Assembly: GCF_006345805.1 (NCBI RefSeq)
Contig: NW_021832513.1
Location: 1-32,448, forward strand
Direction: 5' to 3'
DNA length: 32,448 bases
From: Octopus sinensis
Taxonomy: Eukaryota
Under the pieces are notes generated by a model. The model made no database searches. It had not been told where the DNA came from and saw nothing but the letters and a program-made list of their open reading frames with translations. Below are positions 10,791 through 20,453 of this stretch, in pieces; the stretch's first letter is position 1; every line of letters begins with the position of its first letter. The position numbers and the translations under genes were made by a program.

Positions 10791-11212
10791 ACATACATAC
10801 ACACATATGGCAAAAGATACATGTATGTATGTATGTATGTATGTATGTATATATGTATGTATGTATGTATGTATGTACGTATGTATGTATGAATGAATGT
10901 ATGTATGTACGTATGTATGTATGTATGTATGTATGTATGTATGTATGTATGTATGTGTGTGTATGTATGTATGTGTGTATGTATGTATGTATGTGTGTGT
11001 GTATGTATGTATGTATGTATGTATGTATGTATGTGTGTGTGTATGTATGTATGTAAGTACGTATGTGTGTGTATATGACTGTATGCATGTATGTATGTAT
11101 GTATGTATGTATGTATGTATGTATGTATGTATGTATGTATGTATGTGTATGTATGTATGTGTATATATGTATGTGTCTATGTATGTACGTATGTGAGTGT
11201 ACGTATGCGTTT
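10790..11212. repeat. (TATG)n/(TG)n microsatellite tract
   Basis: Seen directly. Confidence 0.95.
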
Positions 11213-11824
11213 GTCCTTATCCGTCGTTGGTCGATGATACTGTAGAGGCAGTCACTTAACCCTGCTGTTCCTGGGTTATTTCCAAAAGCAAGAGCCTCGC
11301 CAAGTACACTTAACACCTCTCCACCCATGGAAACCTGGAATGAAAGATGAGTCAGTGCTTTCGCAGCATTCATGGAGCCGCAGGGGAAACCAGATGTTGG
11401 TTTAATATAACTGTACATATCTGCCTTATTCTGCTGGATTCCCTTTAGGGCTTTACTCCCTTAGCCTTTTCAAACCCCCAATAAATTACCCCACAAAGCA
11501 ACAGGGGTATATTATTATGATGCGTATGGTTTGTGTCGAACCAACTCCGCTCTCTCATCCTTCAAACTTGTATTTTTTGGTGCAACGTGTGCTGCAAGCC
11601 CAGTGGTTATCAGAATTCAAGATTTGCATAGAGTTAACGAATCTTTGATGAGCAGCTGAAGAGGCGAGGGGCCTCATCTGCTCTGGGTTCATCGGGGTGT
11701 TTGTGAGTGACCTTTTGTGGGGGAATTTTGTGAAATGCTAATTAAGCCTCACAGTCGGGAGCCCGAAAAGTGCTACGACTCCAGGTCAGAGTAAAGCGGA
11801 TGCAGTTTCAAGTCTTACCCAGTA

Positions 11825-11892
11825 AATACACACACGCACACACAAACGCGCACGCACACATACATACATACATACATACATACATACATACA

Positions 11893-11926
<34 letters not shown>

Positions 11927-12047
11927 CACACACATGTATATATAACGTATATATATGTATATATAGGGTGTGTGTATAGTGAGACAAAGAATGAGGGAGA
12001 GCAAACTAAGAACAAACGTGTTTGTTTTGCTTTCTCTTTCTGTGTGT

Positions 12048-12098
<51 letters not shown>
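11825..12098. repeat. (CATA)n and (TG)n microsatellites
   Basis: Seen directly. Confidence 0.9.
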
Positions 12099-12102
<4 letters not shown>

Positions 12103-12180
12103 AGTTCAGCAAAAATTTAGATTCAGATGAATATGGTACTTAAGTTGAGGCACAAGAATTTAGTACGGTATTATCCATAC

Positions 12181-12378
12181 AAATTTTATTCAACAAAAAC
12201 AATAACAACATGTAACAAAAACATCTTTAAATGATTATTCCGGAGTATATTCACCATCTACTTCAATTACTGCTTCCCATTTGCTTGGCAGACGGCCAGG
12301 CCATTTGTTAAATATTGTTATTGTTTTTGTTGAATAAAATTTGTTGAAAAGAAGCCGAAATAATTAAGCACCAACCCA
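12181..12378. mobile_element. Rearranged mariner 3' end with TIR
   Basis: Minus strand 12230-12297 encodes RLPSKWEAVIEVDGEYTPE* (mariner C-terminus). The plus strand ends ataattaagcaccaacccaat, a mariner-type TIR. Confidence 0.75.
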
Positions 12379-12397
12379 ATCTAAATATAATAAAACA

Positions 12398-12597
12398 AAT
12401 GCCATAAATAGTCGCCATGATAGATCGTTAGCCACTACACACATTTTTTTCTCTCCTTTTTTTCTCTCCTTGTTTTTTTCTGTGTCCCTTTCTGTAGAAG
12501 AGCGTAGGCTCGAAACGTAAAAGACTTTTTCTATTCCTGAGCGTTATACTAATACATCTGTTTGTTTTGTACACCACCTGTCTTCGTCTTTTGTTGT
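12398..12597 (+). mobile_element. Penelope-like pLTR fragment
   Basis: Pyrimidine-rich tract flanking a hammerhead-like motif, the usual PLE pLTR layout. Confidence 0.6.
12488..12523 (+). ncRNA. Minimal hammerhead motif, A6U core variant
   Basis: CUUU-CUGUAGA-A-GAGC(GUAG)GCUC-GAAA-CG-UA-AAAG, with a 4-bp stem I and a GUA site. Confidence 0.55.
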
Positions 12598-12995
12598 TTC
12601 AGGATTCGAATAATCCCAGGATTCGAATAATCCTATCAGGTGGTGGTATTAAGTTAGACATGGCCTGGACCAATCTTTGGTCGAAACATATCTAAGTTTA
12701 TCTAAGTTTATATATATATATATATATATATAGATATATATATATATATATTATATATATATTATATATATATATATTAATAATAAATATTAGGGAATAA
12801 ATCCAAACTTACAGGGAAAAATCAGATTTAGGATTGAATCCAATTTTATAGTAAAATATTATGTAATATTAAATTAGAGATAAAACCACTATTAGGCAAA
12901 TCATACAATGAAAAACTTAAGCCAATACATAAGATTATTTAATTTATATTATTTAAATATATAACAAAATTATTAAAAAAATATAATTAATATAA

Positions 12996-13059
12996 TACTA
13001 CGATCGTTTCATGGCTGTTAATTTATTTAAATTTTCGAGTTACAGTCATTCATCAGGTG
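12996..13059 (-). ncRNA. Type-I hammerhead ribozyme, mirror copy
   Basis: Same as 13108-13171 except that the stem I 3' strand is GUA instead of GUG, giving a C-A mismatch. Confidence 0.65.
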
Positions 13060-13107
13060 GTTTAAATATTTAACTTGATTAAACCTCGCCAAGTTAAATA
13101 TTTAAAC

Positions 13108-13171
13108 CACCTGATGAATGACTGTAACTCGAAAATTTAAATAAATTAACAGCCATGAAACGATCGTAGTG
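13108..13171 (+). ncRNA. Type-I hammerhead ribozyme, canonical core
   Basis: CAC-CUGAUGA-AUGACUGU(23-nt loop)ACAGCCAU-GAAA-CGAUCG-UA-GUG. Full CUGANGA/GAAA core, palindromic stem III ACGAUCGU, GUA cleavage triplet. Confidence 0.85.
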
Positions 13172-13629
13172 TTATATTAATTATATTTTTTTAATAATTT
13201 TGTTATATATTTAAATAATATAAATTAAATAATCTTATGTATTGGCTTAAGTTTTTCATTGTATGATTTGCCTAATAGTGGTTTTATCTCTAATTTAATA
13301 TATCATATATATATATATATTCATCAATCGATATTTATATATATATAATGGCTGTCCAGTTATATCCAGGGAAGACCTCATTAAAATGCATCGTGTATTC
13401 ACAGTGGCTTCGTCGATGTACGTAGCAAGAAAATATATAGAAAATTTCTCAACAACCACATTACGGGAGCAGTTCTTCGTTTCCTGTACTGGCTTATTGT
13501 TAAGTTTTATATATACTTATATCTAAATGTGTGTGTGTGTGTGTGTGTGTACGTGTGTGTGTGTACTATATACAGCTCTTGTCATCTCTGTTACTGGGTT
13601 TGTTACGTGATACTGAAAATGTGTAGAAT

Positions 13630-14010
13630 AGTGATGGTGGTGGTGGTGACGCGATTGTGATGACGGTGGGGAAATAGCGGCGGTGGTGGTGAGGAGGTTG
13701 CCGTAGTCGTGAGGGTGATGAAGATGGCGGTGGGGAATAGTGATGATGATGATGGTGGTGGTGGTGGAGGTGGTGATGATGGTGGTGGTGGTGGTGGTGT
13801 ACTGTTAATGGTATTCAGCGGTGAAGGTGGTGGTTGGAAAAATGTCGGTGAGGAAGTGTGCGGATGATGTTGGAAGGTGCGGCGGATGCGCAGTAAAAGA
13901 GTAATGGTGGAGGTGATGACAGTTGCGCGGTGGATGTACAGTAATGAGGGGGGGGGGGTGTTCGTAGTGGTTGGCAGTGGTGGTGGTGGTGGTGGTGGTG
14001 GTGGTGGTAG
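13630..14010. repeat. GGT/GAT-rich low-complexity tract
   Basis: Degenerate (GGT)n seen directly. Confidence 0.9.
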
Positions 14011-14074
14011 TTCTAATAACGACTGAGATGTATAAAAAAACTCTGTGTATAAGTCTCCCTTTAATTATTGTTTT

Positions 14075-14260
14075 GAAAGCATCGTTAATGCGTCGGACAA
14101 ATTGTTTGGACGCATTTCTTCCGGTTCTTTACATTCCGAGTTCAAATTTCACCGGAGTTGACTTTGCCTTTCACCCTTCCTGGGTCGATAAAATAAGTAC
14201 CAGTAACAGCACTTGGTCCTCCCCACAAAATTTCATGCTTTGTGGCTAGAGTAGAAAGAA
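14075..14260 (+). mobile_element. SINE family B, diverged monomer
   Basis: gagttcaaattt, gactttgcctttcaccctt..gggtcgataaaataagtaccag and the gtagaaag tail. Confidence 0.8.
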
Positions 14261-14463
14261 CGAATTTTTAGGTTCTGGCATCGACCACATTTATCGCCAA
14301 AAGAGTTCCAGCCGTGACCAATCCGTCATCTTTCTTCCATGTATAGTCTGTTGAGGGCTGCGCAATCCAATAGCCAACATGTCCTCCATTTTTAAGCCGT
14401 AAGTGTGTGAACTGAGGGCTTTTTTGGTATTATTTCTAGCAGCTTGAACAAACATACTGACAC

Positions 14464-14593
14464 CTCTAGCGTAGCTAGGTGGCGGCGGTCCTTCCCGGAC
14501 GGCACTTTTCAAGGGGCACCACTTTTGGGTCTGCTGTAGGCAATATGTGCGGTAGACACAATACGGACGGCACACACTCTAGCTACGCTAGTG
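14464..14593. mobile_element. 130-bp hAT-type MITE
   Basis: 15-bp TIRs ctctagcgtagctag / ctagctacgctagtg (1 mismatch) and a perfect 8-bp TSD actgacac at 14456-14463 and 14594-14601. Confidence 0.9.
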
Positions 14594-15011
14594 ACTGACA
14601 CTTTTGATACTTTGTTAGTGGTGTTAGTGTTGTGGTTAGTTCACAGCACAGACGAAATTCCGGGCACCAGCTATACAACCAATATCCTGGAGATTGAGAG
14701 TGTCTCCAGTCAAGCGTGACTATGAGTGACCCCGTGGCTGAAGAACTAGGACAAGTGAATTCCACTGTATCCTCGGTTTGACCAATAGCTTTTAAGTAGA
14801 ATCTATACATACATCTATATGTATGTATGTATTTTTATAGCAGTCGCCATATTCCTTTCCATATCGGCTAACTCTGATGAGCGTAAGGGTATATAATCGG
14901 ATTGTTACCTAACACTCCATTGTATTCCTAGCGTGGAATCGATTGGTAAGATCAACCGTGATGGATATGTAATGCTGTACATGTCGGATAATATATATAT
15001 CAATAACATTT

Positions 15012-15405
15012 ATTCTTTTTTCTTTTCTTTTGTTCTTTCATTTGACTGCGGCCATGCTGGAGCACCGCCTTTAGTCGAGCAAATCGACCCTTGTACTTAT
15101 TCTATCGTACTTTTTTGCCGAACCGCTAAGTGACAGGGATAACACTCCAGGGGGGATAAACACAGACACACAAAACACACAGACACACACACACACACAG
15201 ACATACACACACACACAAACAAACACACACACACACACACATATATTCGACGGGCTTCTTTCAGTTTCCGTCTACCAAATCCACTCACAAGGCTTTGGTC
15301 GGCCCGAGGCTATAGTAGAAGACACTTGTCCAAGGTGCTACGCAGTGAGACTGAACCCGGAACCATGTGGTTGCTAAGCAAGCTACTTACCACACAGCCA
15401 CTCCT
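15012..15405 (-). mobile_element. SINE family A, full length
   Basis: Reverse complement of family A, including head and tail. Confidence 0.92.
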
Positions 15406-15449
15406 AAAGAACATTTAAACAAGTATATATATATGCATGCCACTTGGAA

Positions 15450-16044
15450 CTTCAGAAGGGTCTACACATAACCATCTTTCATTTCTTTTTGATCTTGGTT
15501 TGAGAAAACTAAGTCAAATCTTCTTCTGCTGAATTTTTCAGTTTGTTTAAGAGACTTTTATATCTGATGAAGTGATTTTCTTTTGCTTTTTCTGACATAA
15601 ATTAACCTTTCCTCATCATATAAGACTTATATCTGATGTTTTCTTGAACAACATTACTGACTGTTCCTTCTGACTCATGGAGATCTTTTGCAATTGACTT
15701 CCTAGACTTTCTGGGATTGTAATCAATGGTCTGTTGAACTTGTTGGATAAATTCAAGTGTTCTGATGATTTCAGAGCATTTAGAATGTTTTTTTATGCTT
15801 TGATACTGGTAAAACGTTTCCATCTTCAGTCTCAAGTTCCTTACAAACTTTGTAGACGAAAGATCTGGCAACTTTTAAAACTTTTAAAACCCTTATAACC
15901 AAAATAAAAGCATGCCTCTTCATTTCTTGAGTAAGACGAGGGTCTGCCATTATTATTTTCTGAAACAAAGATTATACAGAGTTAGCCAAAAATGCAGCAA
16001 TGACCGAAAACAGGTATGTCCTCAAATACCTTACGCACCATGTA
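15450..16044 (-). pseudogene. Tc1/mariner transposase remnant, maT (DD37D)-like, 5' portion
   Basis: Frames give MADPRLTQEMKRHA...LKVARSFVYKV, IRTLEFIQQVQQTIDYNPRKS..SIAKDLHESEGTV...IRYKSYMMRKG, and a broken FS...QDQK...RWLC region. There are frameshifts. Confidence 0.8.
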
Positions 16045-16284
16045 TGTATGTATACATGCACATGTAGATCGATATCCATTTGTGCATGTATATGTTTCCT
16101 TAAAGCTTTACCCACTAATCCAGTTTTGACATTGTTCGATTTGCTTGTCAGTATGAAACCCTGTGAAACAGAGCGTGATATAAGTGGAAAGATAGCAGTA
16201 ATAAAATTCAAATTAAATGAATAATAAATAGATGAATTGATTTTATTGTTTCGTTTATAAGTTGAAATTTTGTGTGTATGTGTG

Positions 16285-16285
16285 T

Positions 16286-16316
<31 letters not shown>

Positions 16317-16385
16317 CGAGAGGTGGGAGAGAGAGAGAGAGCGAGAGCGAGAGGTGGAGAGAGAGAGAGAGAGCGAGAGCGAGAG

Positions 16386-16417
<32 letters not shown>

Positions 16418-16476
16418 CGAGAGAGCGAGAGGTGGGAGAGAGAGAGAGAGAGAGAGCGAGAGGTGGGAGAGAGAGA
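16285..16476. repeat. Compound (GA)n repeat with gagcgagaggtgg units
   Basis: Seen directly. Confidence 0.92.
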
Positions 16477-16669
16477 TGGTTCTCGCTCTCAACACCTTCG
16501 AGTTCTTTCATCAAAGTCAGCTTTGTTTTTTTATTCTTTTGTGATCGAAAATTGAAGTACTAAATACTGGTGATGAGTCTCGTCTCCTCTTTCTCTCTCT
16601 CTCTCTATTTCGCCCTATTTCTCTCTGTATCCCTTTCTGTCTGTCTGCGTATCTCTGTCTCTCTCTTTG

Positions 16670-16707
<38 letters not shown>

Positions 16708-16747
16708 GTGTGTGTGTGTTGTGTGTGTGTGTGTGTGTGTGCGTGCG

Positions 16748-16950
16748 CGTTTGTCCCCCAACACCGCTCGACAACCAGTGTTAGTGAGTTTATCTCCCTC
16801 ATACATAGCAGTTCGGCAAAAGAGAGCGACAAAATAAGTACCAGTCTTAAAGAAAAAAGTACTGGGATCGATTCGTTCGACAAAAGTTCTTCAAGGCAGT
16901 GCCCCAGCATGGCCACAATCTGATGACTGAAGCAAATAAAAGAATAAACC
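16748..16950 (+). mobile_element. SINE family A, 3' half
   Basis: gtttgtccccc...gttcggcaaaagag...ccagcatggccacaatctgatgactgaagc. Confidence 0.85.
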
Positions 16951-17139
16951 CTCTCGCCAACCTTTGTTCTTATATAATCGTTTCCCAATGGCACCTGTGA
17001 CGTCCTTGGCCACTTCACTCGCCCTCCAGATTTCCAAAATTAAAACATACTCATGTTTTGCTAAACCTTCGCTGCCAAATTGCTAGATCTCCACAAAGAG
17101 TTCATCTGTTCCTGCCGCTTGTCCACGACAAGGTTTCTT

Positions 17140-17470
17140 AATGTCTTCCGTCGGTGGATCACCGGGGATGCATCATCAGTGATATTTCTGGGGTCTTAGT
17201 AGTTTTCAGGTCACTCTGCGGTCTGTTGACCCCACCAGCTTGCAATTCAGTAGCAACCCACCGTGGCTGGTCATAACAACCAACCAAAAACCATCGAGTG
17301 GCTTTCTCTACGGCTTCGGTGATGGAATGTATGAATTTCCTCTCTGCTGCACCCGTAGTGCCAAGGCAAGCCAGGACTTTGTAGAATGAACTCCCCATCA
17401 CAACCCCCCCCCGGTTGCCTACTTCATTTGGCTTGCAGAGACCCGGCCAATGTTCGCTTCCTTCTGCTAG
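17140..17470 (-). mobile_element. RLE-type LINE 3' fragment, HERO/NeSL-like
   Basis: PNEVGNRGGV..SSFYKVLACLGTTG...ITEAVEKATRW matches the PxEVGxRG...LG..G...AEKASRWLW C-terminus of HERO-type elements (recalled). A putative 3' UTR follows. Confidence 0.65.
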
Positions 17471-17662
17471 TCTTCTAAAAAAAAAAAGGTTTCCTTTTAT
17501 CAAATTAATTCAGTAACTATGGTATTGTTATGGTGTTGCATGAAAACATTATGTTTCGACTGTTTAAAAAAGTAGCTGGTGGGAAAATTAGCCGCGATTT
17601 AAAGGTTAAGTGACTTTTCATTGTTTACTTGCCTTTTGTGGTCTGTATATATATATATATAC

Positions 17663-17871
17663 AGTTAATCCAAACAAGAAAGCACAAAAAAACACAACAA
17701 CGCGAGGACGTGGAACAAATAAAGTATTATTGGACGCTCAGGAAAGAAGGAAAGAAGGAGGGTTTAACGTTTCGAGCGGAGCTCTTCGTCGAAAACATAG
17801 GAGAAGGAAAGATCCAGAGAAGGGAAGACAGAGGAAAAAAAATCGCCAACGGTACACACGGGGTCACATTT
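17663..17871 (-). mobile_element. Penelope-like pLTR fragment
   Basis: TA-flanked, pyrimidine-rich on the minus strand, with a hammerhead-like motif. Its left end recurs at 22808-22870 and 24602-24670. Confidence 0.6.
17762..17796 (-). ncRNA. Minimal hammerhead-like motif, altered core
   Basis: GUUU-UCGACGA-A-GAGC(UCC)GCUC-GAAA-CG-UU-AAAC. Stems are intact, the core deviates at positions 3-4, and stem III is the palindrome AACGUU. Confidence 0.45.
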
Positions 17872-18069
17872 ATATATATAACACTCCCTCTCTCTCTCTC
17901 TCTCTCTGAAAACTCCACTAGAATGGACGAAAGCGCTAATATATGATATATGATTAATAAAAACATGTAATATACAAATAAATATCTGTAAATATATAAC
18001 CATCCGAATTTCTGAGTACCTCATTTCTTCTAATATAAAATACCTGCACATCATTTCCAAACCTTCTAA

Positions 18070-18103
18070 TATATATCTATATCTATCTATCTATCTATCT
18101 ATC

Positions 18104-18162
<59 letters not shown>
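18070..18162. repeat. (TCTA)n microsatellite
   Basis: Seen directly. Confidence 0.95.
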
Positions 18163-18164
<2 letters not shown>

Positions 18165-18340
18165 TCTTTTACTTGTTTCAGTCATTTGACTGCGGCCATG
18201 CTGGAGCACCGCCTTTAGTCGAGCAAATCGACCCCAGAACTTAATCTTTGGAAGCCTAGTACTTATTCTATCGGTCTATTTTGCCGAACCGCTAGGCTAC
18301 GGTTGTCAAGCGATGTTAGGGGGAAAACACAGACACACAC
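18163..18340 (-). mobile_element. SINE family A, 3' half
   Basis: ttgtttcagtcatttgactgcggccatgctggagcaccgcc. Confidence 0.9.
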
Positions 18341-18482
18341 ATACATATACATACATACATACATACATATACATACTAACATACATACATACATACACAC
18401 ACACATACATACATATATATATATACTAGCACTATGACCCGGCAACGCCGGGTGATATTGCTAGTTTACATATATATATATA

Positions 18483-18799
18483 CTAGCAGTATCGCCCGGC
18501 GTTGCTCGGGTTTGTTTCGACCCGCTGGAATTGTAATTTTGAAAAGTAAAAATTTTGTGAACATTTTTCTGGTCGAAATACACCGAAAAGTGGCGACACA
18601 GCAGTGAAAAAATCGTAAAAAATAGGGATTTTCATAGAAAAAAGCATCTTTTTGATGTAAATAATTTTTGGTGTTAACATGGTCCGATTTGAATTTTATG
18701 TTCTACGGAAGGAAGAGCAACCCTTCTTCTATCATACTCTCAATTTTGGTCAACTTGCGCCGCAGGTCTCGGAGGAGATAGTGTTAGTTGAAGGTTACC
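18483..18799 (-). mobile_element. Non-autonomous Helitron (family H1), 3' part
   Basis: Minus-strand end cccgagcaacgccggg hairpin + CTAG followed by T. Homologous to 31822-32213 but lacks that copy's terminal ~40 bp. Confidence 0.8.
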
Positions 18800-19939
18800 A
18801 TTCTAGGTGCCTGAGAACAACCTCGCGGATTACAGATAAATGAATTAATTACTGTTTTACAGAATAATATTAAATAATTCTTGAAAATTAATTAATATTA
18901 ATATTTTTTGAACAAAGTAAATAATTTTTAAAACTTAAATAATAATTTTTTTTACACAAACGCGAACGGGGAAAGGGGGTGGCGAATTCGATTTACATAC
19001 CTAAATTTTTTCTTTTTCATGACATTGTAGCAAAATAGTAGTGAATTATATAAATACCAGCAGTACATTTTTTTTTCTGGGGTATTTTTTTTCAACCTCG
19101 TTACATATTTGCCCCTTTCAATTTAAACAAAGTCTTAATTAAGCAATTACGGCGCTTAGCAATGGTTTCAATACAGGCGGTGACATGTGTATCTCAATTG
19201 TTCAAAACCCTTCGAATTTTTTCGCACGTGATGATATCATAGTGAAAACTTTCAATTACGCGCGCTTAGAAGTACGCTCGCAAATTAATACTACCAAAAT
19301 TTTGAAGTTCGCGCTCCGCTTGTGTGTGTGTGTGTGCGTGCTTTAGGTGTACGTAGGTATGTGTTTTTGTGTGTGTGTGTCACTGAAGCCATACATACAT
19401 ATATACATACATAACCTCTCTCTCTCTCTTTTCTCTCTCAGTCACTCACTACAAAAAGTGAATAAAAAAAGTTCAGTTATTTCTGTCTTTCACTCTCTCT
19501 GTCTCTTTACACACGCTAACAAAAGCACTTCACTTACACACCACACTTTCTGTGTCGCACAACCCATCAAACACACACAACCACACACACACACACACAC
19601 ACCACACACACACACACACACACAACACACACACACGCACGCACACATGTACATCAATGCTTTCAGAGTGAAATGTTAAAATATTGAGTTTTCTCGAATT
19701 TTGTCTTAATTGGGGGTGAAATTGAAAGAAATTTGTTATGGCATGACCGAATGGAGTACTTTGAAAAATCTTAGGTAAACTCTAATTGAAGAAATTGTGT
19801 GAGGAGTAAATCGTTATGTATTTATTTGTTTTTGTTTGCTGTGTTTTTTTTATTTTTTGAGTAGTGGTTTAAGGTACACTTGCAAAGAGAAAGTGGGAGA
19901 AATTATGTTGATAGCATGAGTGATCCGTTTTATAGAAAT

Positions 19940-20408
19940 ACTTTCAGTTTAGTCTTCCTCAAATCACTCTGTCGCTATTTACTCTCTTCCAAGAACATTT
20001 TCACTCACTCTTATCTGTTAGCTTGCCATACATTTTACTCATGTATCTATCAGCGTGATAGACAGAAACAAATATTACATCGCCATCGCCATCGTCATCG
20101 CATTCTATTGTCTACCTGTCAACACACACACAGTGAATTACTTTCATTTTATTCGTTGCACACTGTGTGTGTGCGTGTGCGTGTGGTGTAAACCACATTA
20201 AGAAAAGCATTTGACATACACACCAGAATGTGAGTTTTCTGTAAATTTTGCTTAATTGGAGTTTAAATTTTAAAAACTGGACCTGGCATGACCCGATGCA
20301 TTCTACTCTTAAAAATGCTAGGTAAATTGTAATTGAAGAAATCCTATATTGTAGATTTCTATAACTGACAAAGTGAGGCAGATAAAATCTGCCTTTTATA
20401 ATAAGAGA
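19940..20408 (-). mobile_element. Helitron-like element 5' part (family H2)
   Basis: Minus-strand start A|TCTCTTATTATAAAAGGCAGATTTTATCTGCC (5' TC plus short hairpin). Related copies at ~21870-22320 and ~23640-24085. Confidence 0.6.
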
Positions 20409-20453
20409 TAACTGACAAAGGGAGGCAGATAAAATCTGCCATTTATAATAAGA

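Larger units (their letters stand above)
12780..13301. mobile_element. Penelope-like pLTR with inverted duplication (212-bp arms)
   Basis: 12866-13077 and 13090-13301 are reverse complements with one mismatch by manual comparison, separated by a 12-nt spacer. Flanked by TA repeats. Confidence 0.8.

Noticed and set aside
9531-11245. Many long ORFs (IYIY, VCMY, HTYI; up to 219 aa)
   Set aside because: These are translations of TA/CA/TATG microsatellites, which lack stops in some frames.
11650-11683. CUGAAGA followed by a GGC/GCC stem (hammerhead-like)
   Set aside because: No GAAA or stem III follows, so it is a simple hairpin at most.
12662-12692. ctggaccaatctttggtcgaaac, possible hammerhead remnant
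   Set aside because: The core lacks several nucleotides; at best a decayed motif.
13630-14249. Gly/Val-rich apparent coding region
   Set aside because: Degenerate GGT microsatellite running into a SINE B copy.
17165-17215. CUGAUGA in the HERO-like 3' UTR as a permuted hammerhead
   Set aside because: I could not build consistent stems by hand.
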